This document shows, in pieces, positions 35,119 through 48,113 of a stretch of DNA of 64,000 bases. A model generated the notes under the pieces. That model had not been told where the DNA came from. It ran no database searches and saw nothing but the letters and a program-made list of their open reading frames with translations. The number at the start of each line of letters is the position of its first letter. The first letter of the stretch is position 1. Origin of the DNA: Cystobasidiomycetes sp. EMM_F5 (taxonomy: Eukaryota); NCBI GenBank assembly GCA_051047955.1, contig JBPGPT010000025.1, positions 124,001-188,000 of the forward strand, in the 5' to 3' direction. A program made the position numbers and the translations under genes.

Positions 35119-38100
35119 ATGGCCGCCAACCTGCCCCCGGGATGGAGTGCTCGCTTCGACCCGCAGATGGGCAGACACGTATTTGAGCGCAAGTTTGGCG
35201 GGCGAGTATTCAATAATGAATGATATGCTGACAATGTCTTTTGATTTCGTATACAGACGCCCAGTCAGGACACTCCCAATTGGAACCGCCGTCGTACCAT
35301 TCAGGCGTCAATGGACCCGTCGAGGGTGGAGGAAATGCGAGTGGTCCAGCTTCAAACGGGCAACGGGCATTCTCCCCGGCCAACAATGGCGGTAACAGTG
35401 GACAACCTCAACCCCCGACCAGTCCGCAGTCTGCCATCCAGCTCGGAGCGTCCTCAGGGAGGCCGGCAAGGAGGCAGTATGCTCAGAATCAGACGGCAGC
35501 GTACGGCTACGACGAGCAGGGGGCTCTCGATCCAAACTACAGTATAAACGGTATGCAGGGGCAGAACGGGCAGCAGGGTTACCCGCAACAAACCCAACAG
35601 CCGCAGTTCTTTGCGCCGGGACTCGCGGGAGATCACCAGCAGCAGCAACAGCCATACTATGGACAGCAACAGCAACCTCAACAACCCGTCATTGGACCCG
35701 GTGGACCAGTCCATGCGAGATCATACTCGCAGCAGCAGGCGTACGGCCAGCAGCAACCCGCCTACCCAAGCCAGGGCGGATACCAGCAGCCAGCCGTACA
35801 AGGCATGACGAATCAGTTTGCACAGATGGGCGTCCAGCCAAGGCATGTGCAGACGGCAAACTTGATTGGATACCAGCTCGATCCACGCGGTCTAGAAGCA
35901 CCTCCTCCAGAGATCAGACTGCCGGCGGGGGTGAGTAGTGTCGCTCAACCCACCCACGCGTGTATACATTGACAGTCTTGCTCTGCAGGCATCATTCAGC
36001 AACTCTCCCAAAATCAACGCCCACTACTCTTTTCAGCGTAGTACCCTCAACGCCGTTCCAGCCAACGACAGTATCCTACGCAAGTCCAAAATTCCACTAG
36101 CCCTCGTCGTAACGCCGTACCGGAGCATCAAGGCCGACGAGGAGGAAGAGCATGCGGTGCCTGTAGTGACAGACACCGTCATTGCCCGATGTCGGCGCTG
36201 CAGAACATACATCAATCCCTACGTTACTTTTCTCGAAAACGGGAATCGATGGAAATGCTGCATGTGCAATCTGTCGAATGAAGTCCCGCAACTGTTTGAC
36301 TGGGATCAAGCGACAAACACTCAAGCAGACAGATGGCAGAGGGCAGAACTCAATCATGCAGTCGTCGATTTCGTAGCTCCGACAGAGTACATGGTCAGGC
36401 CTCCTCAGGCATTGGTATACGTCTTCCTCATCGACGTGTCGCACGCTGCTGTGCAGTCGGGTGAGTGCAAACTATCTTATCGGTAGTATGCTCGATGACT
36501 GATGCAGACATGGAATCTATAAATCTCGCAGGCATGGTCGCGACCGCGGCGAGAACAATCCTGGAATCCCTGGATCGTATACCGAATGAGGACAACAGGA
36601 CGCGAGTGTCATTGATTGCCGTAGATTCAAACTTACACTTCTTCTTCATGCCGGTGAGCTGCAGTCTGACCCATCATTTCGCCATCACAAATTGACATGC
36701 TCTCATTTTCACAGCCCGGCACCAAAGCTCCTACGATGCTTGTCGTTGGTGATTTGGAAGATGTCTTCTTGCCGAAACCCGCAGACCTTCTCGTCAATCT
36801 CTCTGAATCCCGCCCGGCACTGGAGAGTTTGCTAGGTGGCCTGTCAGACATGTTTAAGGACAATCACAACGTCGGAAATGCAATGAGTTCTGCCTTACAG
36901 GCTTCCTACAAGCTCATTGTGAGTTGGTTCCGCCAGAGGATTCGTACAAGTCCATGGGCTGAGCGGTGATTGCGTTTGGCAGTCTTCTATAGGAGGAAAA
37001 GTTGTCGTCCTGTCTGCCAGCCTGCCGAATTTAGGACCAGGAGCGCTCAAGAACCGCGAAGATCCAAAGATGTTTGGAACGGCAAAAGAGTCTTCCCTCT
37101 TACAGACTGCGTCGAGTTTTTACAAGAGTCTGGCAATCGACTGCTCTCGCTCGCAAATCTCCGTCGACATGTGGTTATTTGCGTCGCAGTACACCGATGT
37201 CGCGACGCTCAGCTCGCTTCCTCGCTATACCGGCGGTCAGACGTACTTCTATCCTGCCTTTACGGCCGCACGAACAGAGGACGCTCTCAAGTTTGCGCAC
37301 GAGTTTGGGGAAGTCCTTTCACACCCTATCGCCCTCGAAGCAGTCATGCGCATCCGTACGTCTAGAGGACTCAAGTTGCAAGCCTTCCATGGCAACTTTT
37401 TTGTTCGCTCGACCGATCTCTTGGCTCTACCTGCCGTTCCTATCGACCAGAGCTACGTCATTGAGCTGGCTATCGAGGATCCCCTCTCTCAGCCATTTGT
37501 GGTATTGCAGACGGCAGTCCTCAATACGTCTGCCAGCGGAGCACGAATGATTCGCGTCATTACGACTGCCCTTCCAGTGACGTCGAGCATGTCGGAAATC
37601 TACTCTTCGGCAGACCAGATTGCCATTTCGACAGTGTTGGCAAACAAGGCTGTTGAGCGGTCAATGCAGGCAAAGATGGAGGATGCGCGAGATGCAGTGA
37701 CGAATAAAGTGATTGATATTCTCGGAACGTACAAGGCGCAAATGACAGCTTCTGCTTCAGGAGCCTCTCCACAACTTGTCATTTGCGACAACTTGAAGTA
37801 TCTACCCCTACTCATGCTCGGGCTGCTCAAGCATGTGGGATTACGACAGAGCACGCAGATCCCGTCAGATCTTCGTGCTTATGCCATGGCACTCCTTACG
37901 ACTCTGCCCAGTCAGCTTCTGATACCCTACATCCACCCGACCTTCTACAGTCTCCACAGCATGCCCAAGGAATGCGGCGTGGTTGGAGATCACGGTGTCC
38001 TACTCCCTCCTCCACTCAACCTGACGTCGGAACGACTGGAACGACATGGGCTATACTTGATTGAAGACGGGCAAAATATGTTTTTGTGGCTCGGACGTGC

Positions 38101-38410
38101 GGCGGTGAATGCACTCGTGCACGACGCGTTCGACCTCAACTCGTACGATGAGGTGCGGACGGGCAAGATGACACTCCCTACGCTCGACAATAGCTTTTCG
38201 CAGCGCATCAATGCGATGATTGGCAAGATTCGGGAAATGAGACGATCGCCATACTATCCGCACCTGTACCTCGTCAAGGAGGATGGCGAGCCTGCACTCC
38301 GGCAGTGGGCACTCTCTGCGCTCATCGAAGATCGGACGGATGGGTTGCCCAGCTACAGAGAATGGCTGGAGACGCTCAGGAATAAGGTCAACTCTGGGTC
38401 GTTCAGTTAG
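35119..38410 (+). CDS. SEC24: COPII coat subunit Sec24 with N-terminal WW-like and Q/P-rich region
   Basis: [12 protein letters not shown]...WKCCMC zinc finger, [44 protein letters not shown], and a gelsolin-like C-terminus LIEDR. Confidence 0.97.
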
Positions 38411-38744
38411 GCTAGGAGGTTGAGTTGCGATGAATGGAGAAAAGGGGAACGCCACGAAAGCTTGACGAAGCGGGAGTAGGAACGATAAACGATGCCAATC
38501 TTGTAGTCAGATTATGGTCTAGACGTAGTCTCAAGCCAACAGATGCCGAGATGCGATGGGATGAAATGTCAGAGGTTGAAGGTGTTTGCGATGCGGTGGA
38601 ATATCAAAACAACGACATTCTTACTGACGTAGAGTGCATTCATACTGCACTGACTGCGCATGCGCATTGTGCATTTACTACTTTGTCTTTCGTAGGTCTC
38701 CCTGTCTCTTTCTGTCTGCCGCGTCTTCACGGATTGCCGTGACG

Positions 38745-39325
38745 ATGTATGCAAATACGACGACGTTTGCGACTACTGCTGCGGATATTGCAGCGCTCGT
38801 CATGTTCCTTTCTGCAGTGCGTGCCATACCATATCAGCGGGATGAACGTGGGGGTCTTTCCAGGACATGCCCCACTCGCCTCCCCAGACGTATTTGAGCG
38901 ACGCAAAGTAGGTCGCAATAGGCCCAACGACCATGAGGACGGTGAAGACTCCGAGCTTGACGAGGGCTGCCTCTTCGAAACCACCTCGGATGGGAATGCT
39001 GCGAGTCAGTTAGTTGAAATGCCAGTCAGCCAAGTGAGCCAGCGGTCAGCTATCAGCACTCGATGGACGGACATTTGCGCATCCTTGGATTGCATAGTCG
39101 ACGTTGAAATTGACATGTTTGGTTGTCGCGGAGGAAAGGTGCTTTTATAATCCGAGAAAGAAAGAAAGAAGTGGGTTGCTTTTCAAACGACTCGAGGACG
39201 GAAACAAGGAAATGAGCAAGTACAATGTCGCAATGGACAATGATGATGGGCAAGCTGCTCGGAATGCTGAAAAGCCAGGATGGTGTTGGAAAATGCAACT
39301 CATATCAGCCTTGGAACTCGTTTAA
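38745..39325 (+). CDS. Possible small spliced hypothetical gene
   Basis: Short ORFs with an acidic coding-like segment (DHEDGEDSELDE) and plausible GT/AG sites. The structure was not resolved. Confidence 0.2.
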
Positions 39326-39375
39326 ATGATAAACTGACTGCAAACACTGACAACGAGCACTGATAATCACTCATT

Positions 39376-42155
39376 ATGACCTCCGACAATGACTACGCTT
39401 CCCTCTCCCGTCGCATGTCTGGACTTGCACTCCCAGACCGCGTCATGCTCGAACACCCCTTGGACGTCGAGGCAATGTACGATTTCCACGGCCAGGCAAG
39501 CTACGGCGAGCTGTCTTATGCTAAGGGGGACAGGCTGCGGGTCTACTGCGAGGATATGGGCGCCGGGTGGTCGCTGGCGATGCTGCTGGGCGAGGATGGG
39601 CTGAATGAGCGGGCAACCACGCCGGGCCACGCTGGAATAACCAGGGGACTGATTGCGCAGGGCTTCTACAGAGTGGGCGATAATCTGGTACACGCTTATT
39701 GTAGGCCGCTGCTACTGACGAGATTGCCGCTACAGCCATGTTTAGTCGCAGCAACGCCACTCCTTTACGCGCAGACTGGCAGCATTCAACAGGCGAGCGA
39801 GGATGGCTCGTTAGAACCACCCGGAGACTCGCAAAGCACATCAACTACCGCGACCGTACAACTAATGGAGTCGCTCTCAGAAACCACGGATATCAAACAC
39901 GTGACTGATAGCACCGATTCTATGAGTAGCGCTGAAACATCAATCGCTGTCCTCACACCATCATTATCGAAGGAAAGCTCCAACACTCCGCCCCTTCGAC
40001 CACGTCAAGTGTCCTCGTCTATCCTCCTCAAACAGCAACAGACGAGAAAGGATGCGGTGGAGACATTCTTGACGACGCCGACTCTTGTCGCAGCCGCTCG
40101 ACCTCGAAGGCCAGGAGCACAGTTCTCTATGCCACCAACAGGGCCAACATATTACGTCGAAGATGGGAAATGGGTATGCCAGCATGAGGGCATCTACAAA
40201 GTTGCCATACCCAATTACGAGACGCGATCCAATCAAGGAGCAGGCGAGCATACCGTCTTTGAAGTCACGTCCATCTTCTCTACCTGTCCGAGTACTCATA
40301 CAACAAGCACGGGCGACAAAGTAGCACTGCACGATTCTGGTTCAGAGAAAGCTTCTTCCGACAAAACTCCTACCGAACAATCTGCCACCAGTATGACATG
40401 CGCAGTGTACCGCCGATACACGCACTTTGCACATCTGCACCTCATTTTGCATGCCATGTTTCCATTGATTATCATCCCAGACTTACCGACACCAAAAGTC
40501 ACTGGCAGGTTTGGCAAGGACTTCTTGGATGGCAGAAGGAGAGATCTCGAACGCTGGTTGCGACGCGTCATCAGACATTCTCTTGCCAGAGAGTCGCAGA
40601 TTCTTCGAGATTTTTTGACAGTGCAAGACGATCAGGTAGCTTGGCTGTCTTCTTCTGCACTGTATTTGAAGCATGCTGACTGATGGTGATTTGGGGCAGC
40701 ACTTTGAGCAGGGACTTTACATGTACGGCGTAAAGCTACTTACTGACCCGGCAGACACTTTCTTTCGTCATGTTGAGCACGACGCAGATTATTTCGATGA
40801 ACAGCAGTTGCTGGACGATACAAACGAAGAATTTGAGCGCGCATCGAGGCACTTCAGTGCGATTGAGAAAGGTGGTGGTATTGAAGCTATGCTGCGAGAT
40901 GTAGGAAAGTACAGAATGGGCGTACGAGGTTAGTTGCCTTGTACACAACGAAAATCGCGTCACTAATCTTGTCCTGATGCATGCTCGCAGATGCTGGTCT
41001 CGGTCTAAAGGAACTATCACATTCTCTGCTTCGTCACGCTTCTGGACTAGCGCAGTCATCTGAAATTCCAGCACATGTCGACGCGGCTAGAGAGCCTTCC
41101 GATCCTACAGCTCGAGCGCGGCACAGAGCACACACGTATGGCTTGTCTAACAGCCAGGGCGCGTTATGCTGGCGCAATGATTGTGAAGAGTGTATGCGCA
41201 TCACACTAGCATGCACAAAAACGGCAGAGAGCCTCAGTGTCGTTGCGAACCTCTACGAAGCTAATGTATGTCTCGCAATGCTATTCCAGAAATTCGAGGG
41301 TACGCGGCTGACGTTCGAGATGGTTAGGCAAAGACGGTACTTCTGCCTCCGCAAGAGTTGCTTGTTGAGCTGTCGCAGCCGCATAAGCGATACAAGGTAA
41401 GCTTGACTGTTGTACACGGACTAGATGTTTCAGCTGTAACATTTGCGCTGTTCTGCAGAAGCTTTTGTCGACACAGCATACCGCGCAAACCAAACTGGCT
41501 GCGGCCATCCAAATGCGCGAGGACGGAGAGGTAGGCTGGGGCTTTGTGACGCGTACATCACTTGGCTATACCGCTGACGGCAACATCTTAGCTGTTCGAC
41601 AACGATATTCTCAGCAAATGCGAGACTGTACTAAATGCCGTGTCGAGTGAGCTATCGCACATTCACGAGGAGAGGGCTTTCGACATGAAAATCCTGTACA
41701 CCAATTTTCTGGATGGACAGATTGCATTCCACGAGCATGCATTATCCCAGCTGCGAACGGCACGGTCTAGCTTCTCGCCTCCGATTTACGAAAAGTTGGG
41801 CAAGACGCCGACACGAATGCCATCTCTGCTCGAGAAAGCAGCTTGCGCGCCGTCTGCTGCCCCCTCGCCTCTCTCAGAACCGAGCGGTTTCGGCTTGCCA
41901 TCCACTTCGACTTCGTCCTCTTTGATGAGCTTGCAATCATTCTCCGCGCTTGGCAATGTCCTTGCTACTGCAGCGGGTTCGCTATGGGGATGGCGTAGTG
42001 CATCGTCCGCCATTGCTGCACAAGACCGTGGTGGCGGTGTCGCCGAGGAAGGAGATTCTATGATTGGTAGTCCTAGCATGGCAATGTCGCGCTTCGTGCA
42101 GTTTCTGGACTGGACAGTCAACGCTCGCGGCGAGGATCGAAAGCATCTGCAGTGA
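39376..42155 (+). CDS. SH3-PX-BAR sorting nexin (SNX9/18/33-like), multi-exon
   Basis: SH3: AMYDFHGQASYGELSYAKGD...GW...GLIAQGFY. PX: VYRRYTHFAHLH...IIPDLP...RRRDLERWL. Helical BAR-like C-terminus ELSHIHEER...FLDGQIAFHE. Confidence 0.85.
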
Positions 42156-42291
42156 GCAGGAGACGAGCGTGGCGATTTTGTACATGCTATGCTTATATAC
42201 ATCAACACGGACATGCTAGCGATGACTGAGTCTCGATGCTACACTTGTAACTGCTTCAACTCCGTAATGCATACTATCTATACTGGACTTG

Positions 42292-45200
42292 TTACTCTGA
42301 TATAGCGCGCATCGAGCGCGGCCGAGGAGCTGAACGTAAAGGTAACTCAACGATAGGTCGCTTATCGCGATTTTCAGGGGTTCCTGCGCGTGACGTTTCT
42401 CCTAAAGCTGGATTGAGGGTTTGGTCGATGGATGCCTTATCTCGCTTGGGTTCTCGCTTGCGTCGTTGAGTAGCTGTTGAATCGAAGTCGTAATCATAAT
42501 AGGGAATGCCCTGCTGCGCCAAATTCCTTTTATGTAAGACGGCTGCCAAATGCGCCTTGGACTTCGCGTCCTGCGCTTCCAAAAAGAAGGTATCGGTTGC
42601 CCTGTATTCTATGCCGATTGGTGTTTTGTGCTTAAAGCCTGTCGCGATGTTGACAGAAGGAAGGTCAACTTCCGCTTCCATGGGTCGACCATCCCGGAAA
42701 AGCGTGCCTCCAGATGATGACAAAGTATCGTCGATTTCTTGCGAAATACCATGCGGGATCGGATCTGGTTGAGATGGGGTGACGCAGTCCATGTTGACTT
42801 CCTTGCGAAGAACTCTATCAATATCGACTGCGGAGAAGAAGGCGCAAGACTGATGAGAAGGAGTCAGTTCCTACGTTTTTCAGCGAAGGCAATCCACAAC
42901 CCACTTGTGGAAGAGACTCCATTTTCAAACGATAGCTGAAGATTGCCCGGGTCCAGAGATTACTTATTTGTAACGCTAGCGCGGCGCGATACTTGTCTTC
43001 GTCTTTGACCAGGTAGCGGATCTCGTCGTGTACGGACAGCATGAATCGAGCACCAATGTCAAACTGCAATGCAATCATTCAATTTATTTCGCAAGGAGTC
43101 TGAAGGATCGTTATCTCACTCGTTGACAGAGGTACTCCATGGACACAATCAGCAAGTGCAGGTAGTCGACACCGCTGCTTTGCACGACCCAGTTGATTCG
43201 GGATGGCATGAAATCCTCGCCAGCTGCAGATTTCTCCGTGGCAGGCAGATTGTCTTTCGCCAAAGCGGACGTGACGCCGCAGCCAAGAGCTGGTGTCCGC
43301 GGATTGCCGGCCATTGCTACCTCCTCGAGGACGTTGAAGACGTGACTCTCTGTACCGCCGTACCAGAATTTGCCATTTGCTCTCTCAAAGGATTCCGAGG
43401 ACGCGTTTTTGGCCCTGTAGTTCCGCAGTCCTTTCGTAGCTGCGTACAGCTTCTGTGCTTGCTCTGTAGCGTCCTTTTTGGACAATTTTGGATTGGCTTG
43501 CATCAATAGCTGGACAGCATGCTTGACTCCCGCTCCATAAATACGCGAGTAGTTGAAGACTTTGGCTTTATCTCTGCTGATGCCAAGTATGGAGGCGGTC
43601 TTCGAATGTAGGTCTGTCCCGGCAGATTTGGTGCCTTCCAGCGTCATCCAGCCAATAGCAGTTGCTCCATGTAGACCAAACTGCGCATCTCCCATGACAC
43701 AACAGATCCAGAGCTCCTCGGAGTCAACGTCAGCACCGACTATGGAATAACCTTCCGGAGCCCTGATCATTGCCTTGAGTTCGGATCCTAGACGGTTCTT
43801 CTTGGCGTTCGAGGCTGCAAGCCATGTACTCTCGACAGCTCGACGTGTAACTGTACCCATCGTTACCACCTGCGGTAAGATCAAACCGTGTTGCGTGTCT
43901 GACTTGACGGGGAATCCTCGATCATGAGATCCATCCTGCCAGACAACGAGCTGATTTAAGACACGTTCTCTTGCGCTGATCCAGTAGCTGCATTGCGCGT
44001 TCATATCAAGAGCTGCCGAAGCTGCTGGGTACTCGCTACTCAATATGCCTTCGTCGAACGCGGCTATGAAGCTTTTGGATAGCGGACTTCCGACATTGGC
44101 ATCCGCTCCATCCTTATGAGGCAGCTTGAAGTATACATGTTCATAGTCGTTGCTGAAGGAGTGATCCGCGTCATGAGTGAATTCCACAGGTACTGACACA
44201 CTCTCGTTCTCTTCATTCTTGCGGGCGAGGTTCGATAGATGCACGCGGTAGACCCAGCCATGCTGACGCGAGTAGAACAGAGGATGTCCCTGCCATCGAA
44301 GGCGCAGAAGCAGAGGCGCGGCTTTAGATCGTATGGAAAGGTTTAAACCGTCTTCCCCACGACGAGGTCTTGCCATGTCCCAGTACCACTGGGGCCAAAT
44401 TGCATCTGCAGCACTATACGCCGACGTTCGCGCGTCGCCAGACTCTGACGCTTCGCCCGAAGCAGCGGTCTTTGCAACAGGCGGTTGTTCGATATTTTCG
44501 ATTGATGGCATGTCTGTTACGACAGCATCAGCTCTTGTGGACGTAGAAAAGGTACGCTTGTCATTGTGAGTGTCTCCTTGATGTGACAGCCTCGATATGG
44601 CAATGACGGCTCCGTTGGCTATCTCTTCCTCACTCGGAGCAGTTGTATCCATTTCCTCCTCCCCAACCGACATATCTAGCTTCGCGTTATCCGTAAGTGC
44701 AGGATCGTCCGACTGCAAGAGTTGGTCTGCTGTGGGGCGAGGATTTGGCATGCCAGACCAATCTAGCTGCGACAACCACGGGTCACTTTTTCTGTCTTCC
44801 AATGATGTTGAGAGCACTTGTTCGGCGATTTCCAGTACTCCCCGCAGAAGGTCGCTCTCCAATATCGCTCCACTCGTTATGCCAACTGTACTCACTTCCA
44901 TATCGTAAGCCATTTTGCACAGGTCTAGATGCTCTGCAGAGATGACGCCCTCATCGAAGAGCTTGCCGCCTTTGATATTGAAAAGGCTTCTCTGAGGGGA
45001 CGTTGTCAAGCAGAAGTGTCGATACCCCTTCCGACTTGGAGTAATTTTGACCTCCCTTTCGAAATTCACCTTGGCCACCTTGGCTTCGGTACGCGGCACT
45101 GCTACGCACCATCCGTGGTCACTGCTGTACTGCATCGGGAACCCGTGTGCCTTCAATTTAATGAGCATAGGCATGATCTGATCCCAGCCTTCTCGAGTGA

Positions 45201-46870
45201 TTCGATCGGTGTTCTGAGTCCTAAAGCGACGATACCATTCAGGTATCTGCTCGGCCTCGTTCGCTATGTTTTCCTCTTGTAAGATATTACCTTCTGGCGT
45301 TTGCGATACGTCGCTTGTCTGTTGAGCCAAGGAAGCTTGTGCCCCATCTTTACCAGCTTCGATAGACTGCAGTAAAGCCTTAGCGCTGGCGGACGACTCG
45401 CTCGGCAAATTTCGAGCTTTCTTCAGTGTCCAATCCAGCTGCGACAGCCAGGGATCCGTTTCATGCAAGAACTTGTCGGGCTGCTGCGGATCTTTGAGAA
45501 ACATGTTGCGTCTTGCTTCTTCCGCAAGATCGTGCAGTTCCTTTTCGACCTGGCTTGTTAGTTTATTGTAGAGCCCTTCCGCGCGCTCCAGGAACTGCTT
45601 CCATGATTCGTCGACGGGCAGGAATGAGTTGCCCATGTGAAGTACGCCAGCGAAACTGACGGGATTTGGACAAGCTTGTAAGAAGGCTGGAAGGACGGCC
45701 TTGAAGACCTTGTGTGTGACGAGCACGTCATTTGAGCAATAATTCATCAAATCTTGATAGCTATCAAGAATCTCGTTCCGATCTTCCGAAGCAAAATAGT
45801 CGCGGACGCTCTTGTCGACGTCAATGTCGCAGTGCAGCTTTGCTACGTCGGCGAGCGAGTTCATCGAACTGAGATCTTCCCATCGCTTCTGCTCGCGCAG
45901 TTCTGCCGCTCTGACAGGCAATCCATCCTTCTCTGCGGCCGCCAGTTGTAGGGCCAGCTTCTCCTTTTTCCGCTTTCGATGCATCATCCAGGGAGCCCGC
46001 TGGTGCGATGATAAGCCGGTGATTGCCATGTGAAGTGACATGGTATCGAGAAATCTATTCTGCGTGCGTTTAATGTTGTACTCGTGCAGTAGCCTGGCTC
46101 TGTCGTATCCTACATTGTGCCCGACGATGACGGTGGGTGTCTCTCCGGGCATTGGAATGAGCTGGACCATGTCGCTTGTTTCGCCCAAGAGCCAGGGTGA
46201 TGTCCAGCTGTACCATGCTTTGCTCGACGCTGCGACAGCCATGACGGCGTACGGAGAGATCTTGTACATTGTCTCCACGTCAAAGACGATTGCTTCGTCT
46301 GGAGGAAAGTCGACTGGCTCGAAGGATCCGTCGGAGTTGTAGCGCGTCCAGCCAGACGACTGATGCCACGTATACGGCATCTGGGGGAGGTCAATCTGAG
46401 CGAGATTCTGTGCGATTTGCAGATACGGCGCCGAAGTGGCCAGCCCGAGGTTTGTAAAGTGGTCATGGATATTCTCGCCCTGCATCCTGGGCAGGGTAAA
46501 GTCTTTTGCCTCTATGACTGGACTCTCCTTCTGCGCGAGGCCATTGGAAGCGAGATGGGCTTTGGCTATCCGTACAGCTTCTGGATCCAGCGGAGGGAAG
46601 CTCGTATTGCCAAAGACCTGGGCGTGCATTCTGGGTGACAAGAGCTGCACTCCGGCGTCGTTACGGACGACTAGAGTGAATAATAATCAGCTCTAATGAT
46701 GATTTAAAAGCTCGTTGCCCACCTCGTAGACCGTCCTGGTTGCCATCTTGAAACGGCGAAGCGGAGGATTGGACAGTCGCAGCGAATTCGCGCAAGCCCA
46801 GTCTGGCACGTCGTAGGCTCGTATGGCACAGAAAGCGTAGCGCAATTTCTACTCGGCGCAGTGTTGGCAT
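42292..46870 (-). CDS. MIP1: Mitochondrial DNA polymerase gamma
   Basis: Exo I VFDVET, Exo [13 protein letters not shown], Exo III YCSNDV; Pol [11 protein letters not shown], Pol [14 protein letters not shown], Pol C SVHDEIRY. Arg-rich N-terminal presequence. Confidence 0.97.
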
Positions 46871-47005
46871 TCATGCAGTTGGTGGTGTCGAAACGAAAGA
46901 CGGCAAGGAAATGGGCGTGGAATGGCCTTTTAGACCACGATACTGTAGCATTGCATTGCGTTGTACTTGCATAATGTACAACGACATGTACTCCCTCGCG
47001 CCTCG

Positions 47006-47922
47006 TCAGACCACCACAATCAGAAACAAGAGGATACTCAGCACAGCAATCAGGATGAGAATCGTCCAACTGCTGCCGCTGCGAGCATTGTCGCGGACAA
47101 ACTGACGCATCCTCTGGTTTGCCCGGTCCAGCCGGCCCTGAGATCTGTCGACTCCGCTCTCGAGGTCGTCTAGTAGCCCCACTTGGTCCAGTATCTCTCG
47201 GCCCATCGTCCCTGCCTGGGCCTTGAGCGTGGTGACTGTGGACGAGATGCCATCGAGTAGCCTGTCTTGATTCTCTACCAGGACTTGCTGCTGCTGGGCT
47301 GCGTATGCTCGGTGGAGATCTGTGTGTTTGTCATTGTCATTGTCGTCGACGTCGTCTTGGCCCAAGCCTGATTTGGTGTCGTTGATGGACGAGGGCGGGT
47401 AGGCTGTTGGTGGTTGTCGACGGGGCTATTCCTACAAAGTCAGTGTACTATGTGCATCGAGAGAATGGCGGCGCACTCTGGACTCTGTCTGCGGGTCCAC
47501 CGTCGCTCTGCGCATGTACTGCGAGATGGTCAGCGGGTGTGTAGGATGACAGAGTGCAAGCCTATCCATACATCGACTTGGCCTGCGTCAAAGCATCAGC
47601 CTGGCGTCGTTATCCCACAATCACATCGCAACCCACCCCGAACTCTTTCGACAAACTCTCTCCGGCTGGCCAGCTCATTGTGCCCTACGCCATACCTCGG
47701 GTCTCTGGCTACCACGTCTACGCTCTGCTCGAGCTCGTCGACGTCTGCCTGGAGTGCCAGCAGCGTTCCTTTGAGCTCGTCCCTGCTCCACCGCAGCTCG
47801 ACGGACTGGGCGTGCGACGAGCGAGGCAGCGTCTTTTCAATCCTTACGAGCGAGTCGTGCAGCGCGGATGCCGTCTGAAGAGAAGTCTCTACCTCCTTCC
47901 TGACGAGCGAGTACGGGTCCAT
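47006..47922 (-). CDS. TLG1: Qc-SNARE syntaxin-6/Tlg1
   Basis: MDPYSLVRKEV...DVDELEQSV...ELASRREFV (syntaxin-6 N domain), QDRLLDGIS...EILDQVGLLDDL SNARE motif, C-terminal TM. Confidence 0.9.
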
Positions 47923-48113
47923 TTGGATATTGGAAGGTATTGGATACTATTGGATGGGGAATGGCTAGCTGGCATTTATCGTTACTCTCTCATCATTATT
48001 GCGAGTGTCCTGTTCTCGTATCATCAGGATCATTGTTGCATTTTAGTTAGTCGGAGAGAAAGAGCAGAGCTGTTTGCTGTTTGGAATTGCGACAACTTGA
48101 TGAACTAACAAAC

